In this document: one piece after another, positions 49,501-63,097 of the stretch
Layout of the letters: the number at the start of each line of letters is the position of its first letter
Numbering within the stretch: position 1 is the stretch's first letter
Assembly: GCA_965285935.1 (NCBI GenBank)
Contig: OZ260663.1
Coordinates: forward strand, 34,224,001 to 34,288,000
Direction: 5' to 3'
From: Ophelia neglecta
Lineage: Eukaryota
Length of the DNA stretch: 64,000 bases
Notes under the pieces: generated by a model
The model's input: only the letters and a program-made list of their open reading frames with translations
What the model was told of the DNA's origin: nothing
Databases searched by the model: none
Program-made: the position numbers and the translations under genes

Positions 49501-52500
49501 TAAAAAATACTGTTAACTTGCGATGCAAACAGAATTTGCGTCGACAATGGAACACTTCTATCACTAATTTGGTATAAATACTAGCTATGTAATGGGTTAC
49601 TTCGGAAGAGGAGAAATACTTTCAGTGGCGCAAACATTTTCTTTGAAGAAGAAGCAGCTAGTAATTGTGGATTGAAAGGGGTTCAGGGGTAATAGTAGGT
49701 GAGAAGTGTACGGATCGCACTCTAAAGTCGAATAATAATTGAACCTCATTACAAATCTGTGATCAGCTTGGGCTTGACAATAATATGCCCTAGGAAAGTC
49801 TAGGGTGGTAATCTCTGATTCCTTGGATTTTAAACAAATGACAGTTGTTAAAGGAACCTGGTTCAAATTTGTTATCACGTCATGTCTGCAACACCTGGTT
49901 TACCTATAGATCAAATGTGTAATTGAGAATAAAACTGGAAGAAACTATGGCACTAAAGGTAATGAATGTTCAAACAAAGCCAATTAGTTAAAGCTTGTGA
50001 TAGAAAATCACTAAAATACAATATTCCACACTCATTGTAAATAATAAAATGTGTGTGACACTGTGTCTGGTCGATACGAACTTTAATTAGAACATGAAGT
50101 GGTATTCGTTTTGTACTATTAGACAACATAATACATTCTAAACTAGTACTAATCTTCGAAATGAAATCCTAGACTGAAATCTCTGGAAATACCTTTGCAT
50201 TTAATGAAATTACAAATATGCAAGTATTGAAAATAATAAAATACGGTGTTAGACCATGATGAACTTCAGTCATTCAGGTTCTAAATCCTCCGTGAATATT
50301 AAGATGTATAGTGTTACCTCTAGAGGGGCTCGATCTTTAAAATCAATTGATACAGTCAGGGCATATGGCGTCCAACAAAAAACAAAGAAAGAAAAGATCA
50401 GGAATAGGGTCTTGGCCAGCTTCAACGATTGGTCGAGTTTCTTTTGAGTGGACTTGTCATTCTGCAAAGAATGGTTATATGGCTCGTGACTAAGATTGCA
50501 TCATGATATAATTGGATTATATAATATTATAAAGCACAAAATGGAGAGAAATTTAAGATTCAAGAGCTTTCTAACACAACTGTGATAATTTTCCATCCTT
50601 TCGAGGTATTTTTTATGCCTGAAGAACATTAGCAGCGGTCAGAACCCCGTACGCTTACGTAGTGCCAAGTTAATAAATATATAAAAGAAAACAAATTATA
50701 TCAAATCTATATATAAATCATTCTATCATAAATGTAGGAATACTTTGTCGGAATGGGAAGTAAATTTACCTTTTCTTACAGAATTCAATATCACTTATAG
50801 AATTTATTATTTTAATCGTAATCCTGGTATCAGTTTAAAAACTATTTATCTATTGAATTTATGTATTAAATGTTTAAACTTACATTCGTGTCCGCAATAC
50901 GTGCTCTACTTGCGCGCACATGTAAGTAGATGCGAACGTAGCTGAATGATATTATGAAGACGGGAGTAAAGACGACTCCGACCGTAAAAAATATGGTGAA
51001 ACTCAGAGATTTAACTCGATTCCAATGACATTCCAGAAATTTTGGATCGTATCGATTGTTGGACCAACCATTCTGAAAATATGATTAAAACATTTTTAAT
51101 ACTTTACCATTGAACCAGATCAAGTAGACTGAATAATAAGTTATTTCCTCTTTGAAGAGTAAAATATCGTTGATTGTCAAACATAAACTGTTTCTTATAG
51201 TGGGACAGGATTACCAGGGTGCACGAGGCAATCAAGAGGCCAAGCAGCCAGAAGGAGACACACATGGCAATGTTCTTCTTCAGGCTGAATAGCTGCAAAC
51301 AATCAATGTTGACGGTGCAAATCACCACGCAGCCAATATCATGAAAAACTGGAATAATTTCGTTGATAGCAGGTACATTCCTATAACTAAACAATCACTG
51401 ATAATACTACACCAACCTTGTGGTACACCTTATTATGACAGATGTTTATGTAGCGGTTAAAGCTCACTCCACCTATGCTTAGCAGTACTGCAATACATGC
51501 CATCGTACAAATTACAGACAAGACACTACAGAACCCGGGTCTCTCATCAAAGTATAACGCTCCTTTTATTAGTCCTGGAAAACATATTCAAAGTAATAAT
51601 AGCAATGAATGAGCACGAACGGCAAAACAAGTCATAGACTAACATTTTTCAACTAGTCTGTGATACTCTACTGCGATTAAAACTAAGCTAAACATGAATA
51701 CAACAATTATTTCTAGGATCAATAGTAGTTGATGCCGATTTAACTAACGAAAAATTGATAACAATTTTGCAAATGCGAACTTTTTTGCATTCGAAACTAG
51801 GATGGATGGTTTATATTAAAAGAGAAATTAACCAATGTCCAGCATATAAAAGAATTGAATTTTAAATGTTTTATACGATGTTAACATAATTACCATATAA
51901 TGTTAACTACATTTGTATGTAGAATATTGTTGTTATCTGTTTATAAGATATTGTTATTATCCTCGTTCAATGATGAAAGAACCTTCATTTTTCTTTCTTG
52001 AATTCGATTTAGACCTATATTTATCATTTTATCATTAGGGTCCATAAGACATTAATATTTAAAATGTTATGCAAAATTTGGTGTTGAATCCAACAAATCA
52101 ATGAAACAAATCAATTGTTAAAATTTGTGGACAAGGTTTTTAAAGTACTGAGAAAGTTGTGTAAAGTATTGCGGTTTTCACCAATTGAAGTGTATCTAGA
52201 AATCCATAAATTATGTCTTTTCAGGTTTAAGGGGCTCCAACTGTTTATGTTTTGGCCTTATACATGTCAATGATTCTGGCTATTGCTTACACATTTAGTT
52301 ACACCTGATCGAAAGTTTGTTTTCGTTAATAACAAAACACTGCAACATTTAGAAGAACATCATGAAATTGAACACTTCATTTCTAAGTAAAATCACACCT
52401 TTTTTGTTCATTTTTTTTATTCACTCACCGACCACGCTGAAGGGATCTGCAAAACCTGTTACAAGTAGATCCGCCAAGCAGAGGTTAAAGATGAATGCGT

Positions 52501-54264
52501 TCTGGGCCCTCTGTAGGTGTTTGTTTATAAGGAAGGATGCAAGAATCATAAGGTTTCCCGAAAAACCTGTAAAATATCAATAAAAAAATGCTGCATACAT
52601 GTCCAAAGGTATTTCTTCCTCGAAATGACACCCAGAATTAATAAACGTGAAATTAAATTCCAAGTAGTTGTAACGCTTGTTCACGAACTAGCCTTCCCAC
52701 ACATTTTTAGGCATATTGGTCAATTTATCTGCTTTGGGACATTAGTAAAAGAGGTTGGGAGATTACACACGGAAAGTAGCTAGATGACCCTGCAGAGATT
52801 ATCTAAGACATGTTGGTTTCTTTGAAAACCAAAGTTTCTAGTACTTTGCTGTACCACACGCTATAAAGAGAACTAGAAATAAATAATCCAATCGGTAACA
52901 GAGATTGCTTAGAGAATTAGCTGTGCGTGTAAATTGGTTGACTCTCAGTTCCTTGCCCTCATTCCCTGCCCTGGCGGTTAAGTGACAGCGGAGGTTGACA
53001 GACTTGGCGGAGGTAAAACATGTCGCTGTCTAGTGCGTACTCAGAATAATGGACCAAAATCTAAACAATCGATGTCATTGTCGATGCAGAAAATTTATAT
53101 CAATATGATAATAAAGCTTTTTGACTTTTTTGTAATTTTGTCTGGCGGATACCACCGGCAGGACTCAACGGCGGAGGTGTTAGCACAGCGGCATATAGGT
53201 CTACTAACCGGAGGAAGACATGTTACTTGACTATATATATTATACTCGTGACATCACTTCCCCCTCACAGCTGGCATGAATGGACAAAACAACTGGGTTG
53301 AATAGGAGACTATCGCCGGTATGAAAATGGTTATATATTTGATATTTTGGTACTTTCCACCAAGGCTAAGACAAAAACGTTTCCTTGGTTATGGAAATCT
53401 GACAAAAAACCTAAGCTTGGTTAGAGACTTCTTACATACACGTACGTTGCCTGGAAAGGTCTTTGGTTAAAATATCACTATATGTACACAAAAATTCACA
53501 CTGTTCTTCTATAAAGGCATTTTAAAGCTAAAAAATGACTTTCTGAAGTCACCAATGGAGGGACCTTTCAGAAAAGCGGGCCCTTGTCTGAGGAAATGGT
53601 AAATTTTAGATTTTTGGTTTGGTAGATTTGGTAAAATCTGACCATAGATTTTATTTATTTAACCGGGTAGAGCGGAATACGGGGGGAGGGGCGAATGGAC
53701 GACTGTCAAAGATCCGGGAAGAGGAATATCCTCAGGAGATGCTATGAACAGTGTACATAAAATATGGGTCAATCGCTTGTTCCACTGCATTGGTGACAGA
53801 AATAAAGTTCGGGCCCGTTGATGATGATGGATAAGATCAGTAACAAATTTCTGGTAGCATTTCGAGGGTAGTTTAGTTTTGTTTATCAACTTTTTTAAAC
53901 GAAATAAACTACAATATTTATAAATATCTAGAGGAACAAAATACCTGAAAACGTAATCTTTACAAATGCAGCTATGTACGTAAATATTGTGCTCAAGATG
54001 CGGTAGTTTGTATGGGAAACCTCGTTCTTATTTGTTATTTACATTGTATTTTAACTTACCCACTAAAATCATTGTGCATGCAATCCCTATGTAGGACCAG
54101 AACACAGCAGGAAATGCAGCCATGTATTTGGGGCCTCCGAGCAAATCATACGGAAGGTTACCGTCTGGCAGAAAAATCGACCATTCTGAGCTTTGACCGT
54201 AGCCGTCTGAGCCACTTGATGTATTCATGTCCACCGCAGCACCTGTGTTCACTTCTGGGCTCAT
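46570..54264 (-). CDS. Melatonin-receptor-like class A GPCR, paralogue B (8 coding exons)
   Basis: Exons (minus) 54264-54060, 52566-52429, 51574-51417, 51292-51215, 51072-50884, 50461-50318, 46865-46782, 46698-46570. Exons 2, 3, 4 and 7 match paralogue A in length (138, 158, 78, 84 bp). FNRYINICH, CWTPY and GNCIIY are present. Confidence 0.9.
47170..47560 (+). mobile_element. Decayed non-LTR retrotransposon (LINE) RT fragment in GPCR-B intron 6
   Basis: FDKVSHQHLL...PQGSVLGPVLFMVYIND...VRLFADD, frameshifted. Confidence 0.85.
47690..47770 (-). mobile_element. Small L2/CR1-like LINE ORF2 C-terminal fragment
   Basis: SRLDYGNIVLCGI resembles the SRLDYCN motif; opposite orientation to the adjacent RT fragment. 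Confidence 0.45.
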
Positions 54265-54929
54265 TGTGCTGAAAAATGTTCACTCTTAAAACTGTTGCCG
54301 CAAGGACGAAAATTATTCAGAGCAAAATTTGACCATTTGGGTCTCATTGATATATCTTTTCAATATACATCAGAATCAGAATCGTCAAATACACCGAATA
54401 ATAAGAAGTATGATACGAAACAATCGGTCTCATTGACAGGTCAATATATGACTTAACTAGTCATGCATTAATGCACTTTAACTTAAATAAGGAAATATTT
54501 AAGATGTTTATTTAAGATGTTTATATAGTAAACATCTGAAAATATTGTTGATAATTAGTTCTTAAAAATATTATGAACATTTGGAATTGCATTCTGCATA
54601 ATCACTTGTTGTGATTGTTTACTCGTTGTACGAACCACACTAAGCCATAACGAAAATTTAATATAATCCATTTAAATTCTGTAGGAAGTTAAGGAATAAG
54701 TTAAGGGAAAGGCCACTATAGTGTATAGTATAGCTGTGACGCAGGTGCACGCGAATCGGCCCGTGAAATACTCATACTATATATGTGATTACATATTCAA
54801 TGAATAAACTTGAAAAAAGTATATTTTGCAGCGCAATTGCGGCAATTCACCGAAAAATAATTATAAGATTAAATACATGTGTTCATAACTAAATGCGAGA
54901 CATGAATCATACAAAACAATGTTTTCTTA

Positions 54930-55065
54930 CCTTAGAGAAAGGTATCTCATAGGTTAAACAAAATGTCGGAATTTTGCTAAAATGTGTCTTCGGAGCCGTG
55001 CTGTCAGTCTCTTTGAAATGGTCTAAATGATGGCGTTTTGGTGCAATCGCAATAGTATTTATAAT
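54930..55065 (-). promoter_or_regulatory. Candidate TATA box and non-coding first exon of GPCR-B
   Basis: Minus-strand TATAAATA at ~55056-55063 and AAG|GTAAG donor at ~54930; the ATG exon has an AG acceptor 4 nt upstream of the ATG. Paralogue A similarly has an acceptor at 2547-2548 and a candidate donor at 2436. Confidence 0.35.
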
Positions 55066-56601
55066 ATCTAACTGTGGGGAAAAACTCTGTCGATGGCATA
55101 TAACGGGCTACTTTGTTGCGCTTAGCAAACGGTCAGTGCGTCTTAGGTTTTGTGCGCATGACCCATTGCCTTGTCACTGGTCCTTCTGGGAACAAAGGCT
55201 AAATTCTCAATTTCGTTACATTAATTGATCATCGACATTAAAAGAAAAGAGGTTGGAATATTATAAATAAAAATTTCATTAATTCATCACAAAAAATCCT
55301 TAGACCCTTCCCTATCGTGATACTTACCTGATATTGCCCCTTATAAATCATTATAATATACATAGCAGTATATACTATGGCGTTTGACCATGAACTTAAT
55401 GTGGTTTCACTGCTAAGAATGATCTAGATGAGTAAGAAAAACGAGGGTTCACTACTCACAGTTGTTTCAAGAAGTTCGGAAATGGTTTTATAAAATACTA
55501 TAAAGAAGAACAGAACTTACTCGATATCACTACTATGTTCAAGATGCCACGTTTAGAAAATAAGCAATGGTCACTCTCAATGCTCGATTAGTGTAGACAA
55601 AAATCTAAATAAGTAGACAATGTTAATAAACTATCTCCCGAGATGTACAATATGAGCGACCAAAGTGAGGTTGTACCCTTAAAAGAGACCTAACTGCTCA
55701 CAGTGGCCGTTCTAAAGATTTTTGTTCAGAAACCGCCGATCAGAAAACTACTCCTTAGAGCTACATATGAACAGCGAGTCCTGAGTACAGGTGTACCTAC
55801 CCAAGTGATATAAACACTCACAATGCCTTTAGCAACAAAACGGGGGTGAAAAGTAAGAGCTTATTAATTATGTCCCTCCCTAATATCAATACGAGTTACA
55901 CATGCACTAAGATATATAGTTAAGGAACAACTGCTTAATACGAATATACGAACCTGAGCATAGGATTGGTTCACGGGAAAATGTCAAATACATAGGTACG
56001 ACGGACGTTACTGCCATAAGTTTAGATAGTATAAAAGTTCCGCGAATTGATTATACTGAGAATAGAACATGCTGCGAATGAATGTACATTAATGTTACTT
56101 ATTAGACAGCTAATAACTTATTTATATCACCTTCCCGATGGAAGATGAACAGTTCAGGTCAAACAAAATATAAGTTAAGAAGAATTAAAGTTGGATGATA
56201 CTGATCACAAAGGCCTAGACAAGTTTTAACTTTTACCAGACCTTGCTTTTAATTATTTGATACTATAATACAGGTACATTCTAATAATTAACATAATAGA
56301 AAGGCTTGTGTTCACAAATGTCTCTCATAGATACTATAAGTACTAGATCTAACTGATAGATAAGACATAAAGAATGTAATATCACAAACAAATACATACT
56401 GGGTGTCACTGTTTACGGTCTTACGCCCGTATATTTTATATCGTGTGTCCAGGTGTGTGCCTTTTTAGGCTGATAGTTTAAACAACTCACTCATTTATCA
56501 GGACACACGCTGAAAAATATAATTGGAACTGTCTGCCGGAATTCATTTTTGCAAGTTTCTTTCAGGGTCACAGGTGTATCAGGTTAGGTTTAGTAGTGAT
56601 T

Positions 56602-59600
56602 TTATTGGTATACAGGATTTTCAGCGAATATGGTGTCATATTCATTTTGGTTATTGGTTAAGCTTGCAACAGAATTATAATAAACGTTATCTGCTTCCTT
56701 CATTGTGTCACTTTTAGCATCACTATAATGTGCACATTTCTCAACATCGGTATTGGTTTTATTTGGATAAGAACCATTTTCTTCGCTGTCGGTGCCATAG
56801 TCATAGTATATATCACTTTGGCCAGTTTCGAGTCTATATGGTATTTTTTGTTCATATGGCGTTTCGATACTATATGGACGAGTGTCAAATGATGTGGTAT
56901 CGAGGCCTGTTTCATACAAGACGTGTGGCAGATGTGCATCGTCTCTTATGCTAATTGTATTTGATAGCGTTGATTTATTGCACTTATATGTCGGATCTTC
57001 GGCCTTGGGAAAAGATTTTTTCTCGCTCTCAGATGGAATATCAGTTATAACCTTTCTCAGTGCCCGTCGTTTCCTGAAATATAAAGGTCAGTCCAGATTT
57101 ATCCATATGAGATATCCAGGGGTTTCATAGCTGGACACTAAAACCAAGATATTCAACAATTGATCAGAGAGTAATAAAACTTATGCTGGGGGTCAATATA
57201 GTTACTGTGAGGAGCTGGTAACCCATAACAACATTAATGTGCTAGACACCCTAATCGATCGCCTGCTTTAATAAAGGTAACACAATGCTTAACGGTGACA
57301 AGGTCATTTTAAAAAGGGATTCGACTCAGTGATTAAGTTGTGGTCTTATTACAAAGAGCATAACCGGACAGCCACTAAGAATCATTAGAAGTACGTACAC
57401 ATAAATGGTAAATCGAGATCGATGGTTTTCAAAGAGTGTATTACAGGGTTTGCTTAACAAGGCCGCAGTCAATTTGCTTGATCTTTCGTAAACCTTAGTT
57501 TTTATTCCCTCTGCAATATTCTATCGTTCATACTTATGTTATATCCGTTCCTCAGTAGAATTAATATGTTGTACATACATGTACATGGCATCGTGTCGAT
57601 TATGGTTTTCCATTTTGACACATGACCAACCATTCTTTACTCGTTGCCGACAGTCCGACTAGCATATATGGCAGACAAGAAATTACAAATCAGCGTGCCG
57701 TGTTTGTGAGGGAATTCCAAGATTATTTAAAAACTTGGAATTATAACTTTAGTATACCAACCTGTATTGTTTTTTTTCTCGCTAAATTATTATCTTTTCC
57801 ATTTGTCAATTTAGTTTTTTTTACGTATCACTGTTCTATGCATAGCTACTTTTGTGCTTTATGTACACTTGTACATGACATTTGGTCGTACATGTGCATA
57901 ATTATATAATAATTGTTATTAAATCAATCCAAAAGACGGCTGAGTAATGTCGGTACATGAGACAAAGAATGATTATCACGAGGATATGATGATAATTCTT
58001 CAACAACAGAAGGTGTCTGACACCTGCTGATTGGATAGGATCCCTTACAGATAGATAAGCGGATTTTACGGACAATATCGGCCAGATTCTGGTTTATGTT
58101 TCATTCTTAAATAGAGCCCTCCCTCATATAGCCTTCAATGATTCTGGCCGGCGAAAGGAGTTTCGATGCATAAATGAATGGAAAAGCATCCATTACGCTA
58201 GAATAGTTTAGACTTAATAGAAAAACTAATAGAAAAAAATAATGATTAGCCTATCTTGCAGATAAAGTACCCCTGGATAGTGTTATCATTGTCTTCGACA
58301 GAGGGAGGGTAGCATTGATTGTTGTATTTATGATATCCGTCACTGAGAGGTTAAGGCCTTCCGAGACAAACAAGTTTTGTTTATATTACCAGCGATGTCA
58401 TATGTGATTCGAACACCAAAATGAATCAAAGCAGAATCAATGCCAGTGAATGCGAAAGAAATACAGATTTCATCTTCCAAAGAAGATAGATTTCTTGATA
58501 TTGTCTCATTTTACCATCTGACCCATATATATAAAGCCAGTGCAGTGCCCGGAAAAAACTTCTGACACAATACGGACTAACAGACAATAACAATCTTGGT
58601 TAACTGCCGACCCTCATCAAATAAAGTGGTCTTTGCTTCCATATTCACGGAATGCCTTTTATTAAAAGTATTAGTTTACCTATTTCCGTTATGCACCAGA
58701 CGATTCATATATTTCTCCACTTTTTCCTGTGTGGATTTATGTAAAAAAGGAGGCTTTCATCGGGTTGTGCGGTTAAACGGAAAGAAACTCATTAATTAGT
58801 GAACCAACCACAAATAATAAAAACATGTGGTCAAATATAAGGTTATGATGAAGAGCGTCTCATAGTACAATCTGATTCTCCTCACCTGGCAACCAAGAAG
58901 CATGTCAATCCAATCACTCCCAAGATCACCAACAGAGGCACCGAAATAGCCGCAGGTTGGACATCTGCAACATTAATTTAATAGTTCAGTAAAGGTTTAC
59001 GTTCTATAGTTATAACATCTTCCATGAGTATAAGAGAACATCCCCCCCCCCCCCACATGATTACAATGATACTACAACTAAACCCTGAACGACTGTTTCT
59101 ATTTATTTCAAAGATTAAAACACAATATATTCGTCATAATGTTACGACATATGGAAAACAAAGTTGCAGACTATAACCAGTAATATTCATGTCCATGTTC
59201 ATGGACAGGGTATCTTTAAATCCAGGGAAGAATATGTTTTGTATAGTGAGGACAGTACATTGTCTAACTTACAATAATAAGTAAATACCTGTATGGATTG
59301 CTTCCATGCTTGTATTAGTCGAGTCTTCAATTTGCATTTCTGTAGTAGTAGCATTCAGTGCCATGGCTCTTAATGTTGAAATTAGCTTAGCTGTCCTAAT
59401 TGTACCGTTTAGCAAGGATGACTCCCCCACTCGTGCGTTCAACTTCAACAAGGAAGCCAATATGATGAAAAACAGAGCTGCGAATGACCTGGATCTGACG
59501 CCAAAATACACACAAAGACAGATGTTTTTTTTAATTACCTGATTTGTGATGTAGGAAAAATTTCTCTTGTAGCAAAACCAATATAAATCTGTTAACTAAG

Positions 59601-60290
59601 CGATAATTACGAGTAAGGTGTTCTAATTTGTAGCTAGCGATCCTGGTTATTGATTTATATTACGGTCCGTTGACAGTAATGGGTAAAACTAAGGTATCGA
59701 GGGCATGGCCTTCACCTACTTAACTATGGCCACTCCGATCTGGCCAGTAGCACACCCGTCGTTAAATACCAATGTGAATAATACTGGTGAAAATATTTAG
59801 CTGACTTGTTTTGCAGTACTGGTGATTTACAATTATATGTGTTTTTGTGATATCCTTTTTCTATCCTCCATTATGACACAAGTTGTTTTTGGTTTGCACC
59901 TTTGTGATTTCCTTTTTGTGTCGGTTCCGTATGTCTTGGTTAGTAGGTTTTGTCAAGGTGCAAAATTAAAAACATTCTCCGTACTAAACAACTACATACA
60001 TTTAGTTGTGCATTAAAATAATGCTTTAACATAATATAACGATGAATTTTTATTTAACTTGGCATATGATGCAGTACAATACTGTGACAATGCCTGGACA
60101 TGTCTTACCTGTCTGGTACATTCAGGTCGAAATTTATGAATTTCAAATTAAGAGTTATAACTGTTCGCCGAGCAGGTCAAAAGTAGAGGTCAAATTATAT
60201 TTTTCCTGCATCAAACAGACCAATTAATTCATAATCAATAGAATTTTACCTTAAATAGTGTGTCTGTCTTAATAGTGATGACAACTTCAT
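56602..60290 (-). CDS. Orphan type I transmembrane protein (~265 aa): signal peptide, short S/T-rich ectodomain, TM helix, Tyr-rich cytoplasmic tail
   Basis: Exons (minus) 60290-60250, 59494-59289, 58964-58886, 57073-56602 join in frame (798 nt): MKLSSLLRQTHYLRSRSFAALFFIILASLL...NGT..NAT..NTS...AAISVPLLVILGVIGLTCFLVARKRR...ENPVYQ*. The first exon is the least certain. Confidence 0.7.
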
Positions 60291-63097
60291 CTATTCATAT
60301 CAGCGGATATACTGTCGCAAGAAACTTTCACATTAAAATACACGATAGTGCTACGTGTTGTGCAAGAGAGCTTAAAACACATTGCGGCATATTTCATACC
60401 CTTGCATGGGCACGGCTCATGCCCGTGAACAATTGTTATGAATTCCCCGCGAGGTTACTTCCTAGCTAGAGGAAGTTCTCGTCAAATTAGCGACATGCGA
60501 ATGGCTAGATAGCAAGCGAGACTAATTTGTTTCATCTATTAAAACTCAAGGTAAATTTAAGGTTCGTGACTCGTCTTTTGTTTAGGTCTGTTTTAATGCT
60601 TCCTTGTTCAACGGGTATGTCTTCCTTCAATATTGTCGTACAAAATAACTGGCCGGTTAGGATATACAAAAAATTAAGTATTGTTTACCCTAAGGTATCA
60701 TTCGTGTTAGGGATGCCATTATTCAGTTTAAAGAAGTGAAGGATATTGTAGTTCTTGAAACTAATTCATGTTCACTTAATTTCAGTAAAGAATTTGTCTT
60801 TTTAACCGCTGAAAATTTAACACTATTATTCTCCGAGGATATTGACTTTTCCACAAATAATATAAAACTGTTTTTTCTTACCCATATAGTTTCTTCCGAA
60901 TACCTTCTTGGTAATGCTGTGTTTTGTATAAGGTACTGTTATACACATCAGTTGGTGAAGTTGAGCAATAATAAAAATTGTTTGAATGCCCACATCAATA
61001 TTATACCAAGTTCAAAAGTAGAAACGGCAATTTGCAAGAAGCTCTAAAACATTTTAGTTTTTTTCACAAGAGACTGCCTTCCAGCTTCTTGAGCAACGTT
61101 TTCAATGTTCAAGAAATAGCCGATATATATATATCGGAACGTTTTTTGATCATATCTCAGCCACCAAATGAGGTCTTCATATTCTGTAAACGATTAAAGC
61201 AATAAGAGAATATCCAAAATAAAAAATACTGTTGTGTAAAAGAGCACAAGGCTGTTTTTCAGTATTCAAACGAAACAGGACAGTAGGGGAATAAATGACG
61301 TCTTCATCAATTTGTATGCAGTGATTCGAATGGAGGCAGTTTGACGTTTTTATTTCCACAGAGGAAACTGGCAGTACCTTTAAAATCATCAGGCAAATCA
61401 GTCGCATAGTCCTAAAGATAAATGCATATATGGGTCAGGTCTGGGGTATCACAGGAAAGGAAGATTCATGTTGTGAACATGGTAGGGAGTATCTGCATAG
61501 GATATTACGCGTGGTTTATAATTGTTTAATTTCCAGTTGGTTGTCTTGACAAACGTTTTAATCTGCATTTCCACATTACTACTGCTACCATGCTGCTAGG
61601 GCTTCCTAGCTTCCTCACTGGCGGTCTCAATAGTAGAAGATTTTATATTTTCTTCTCGGTTAATTACACTATTATTTACGAAAAATATCACCTGTTTCTA
61701 ACTGCCTAGCGAATATGTATTTAAACTTTGCACAACCGAAAACGTTATATGTCCGCAAACAAGAAAATCTATGCCAAGCATTCTACCCTGATGTCAAGGT
61801 GGAGAGCAGCGAACATTGATAAGAGCGAGTAAGCATTTCTTAACAACTTCTACCATCTACGTGCTCCCTTTATGTCCTTAATTAGGCAGCTAACCTTTGG
61901 GGCAAGATACCATATGGAATGCATATCAATCAACCGGCCTGATTAAGAACATATTTTGGATATGTTGATGCAGATAGTGATTGCGAGAGACTGACCTTTC
62001 GAACCACTTTTGTCGATACGATACATTCTAAATGATGTAACCTGCTACATAATGTCTCCCCTAAGACGATGCACGAGGGGAATGATTGACGGCGTTGCTT
62101 GAACAAGTTGTTTAGTGTTTTAAATAGGATGAGGACAAATGAACAGCAAACGCCTCCTGAATCTGTCGTACATGTTCAACACTTACTGATTTATAGGTAT
62201 GGTTTTTTTTATGAAATTGGATACATTGAACAAATTGCACAAAGACGGTTGGTGCAATTAAGCAGGGATCCTTGCATATTATATCATTAGGTGTTCGCAC
62301 ACTATATTATATGTTCTTCTTAGAATCAGTCCCTAAGAAAGGAGGCCTTCGACTAAATACCAAACTTTGTTAAATTCAAGCGATTCACCTTGTAAAAGCA
62401 TTTGTAGATTAAAGTGCAATCAACAATTAAACACAAAATGGGGTCAATAATATTGCCATAGGCTATGGAATAGGGTAAAAGAAAATGTCACCTTCTACTT
62501 TTTGTCGTGATTTTCTGATGCTTGTGGTTCGGAGAGACAGGTTTAGTATTGTCAACCCAATATGCTATTCGAGCCTTCTATTTCACTCTTACAATTCCAA
62601 GCGCCTTGCTACGTTTCAATAATAATTGACAATAAAACCTAGGTATAAAAATTGTACTCTCAAAAATCAAGTAGTACAATATTTTGATGTTGGTGTTGAG
62701 AACAGGTTGTGAGGGCATTTGTATTCGAGAAAAAACGTTATTTGTCTGTTTTCGGAAGATATAAATAGAGTCACACAGTTCCTGCGTCAGATAGATAGAT
62801 CCATATATTTGATGGCAATGGGTATACCCCGAAGGTACATGTTCTGTTTCATATTAACCATTAAATTTATATATCAAAAGTGCGCAAGCGCACATCCACT
62901 AAATTTAACGATCGGAAAGTGATGACAATCAGTTGACATTGCGACCTGCAGCTTGAAATAATTAGAAAGCTATCACCGCGGGGATAGCACGTAAATGTAC
63001 GTTGTCGTTTTAACCAGTGCTTCATATAGTAGCATGGAAGTGATGGCCATTCAAAGCAAAAATACCAAAATCTGAGTTGCGTCTGAGGAAGGTTAAA

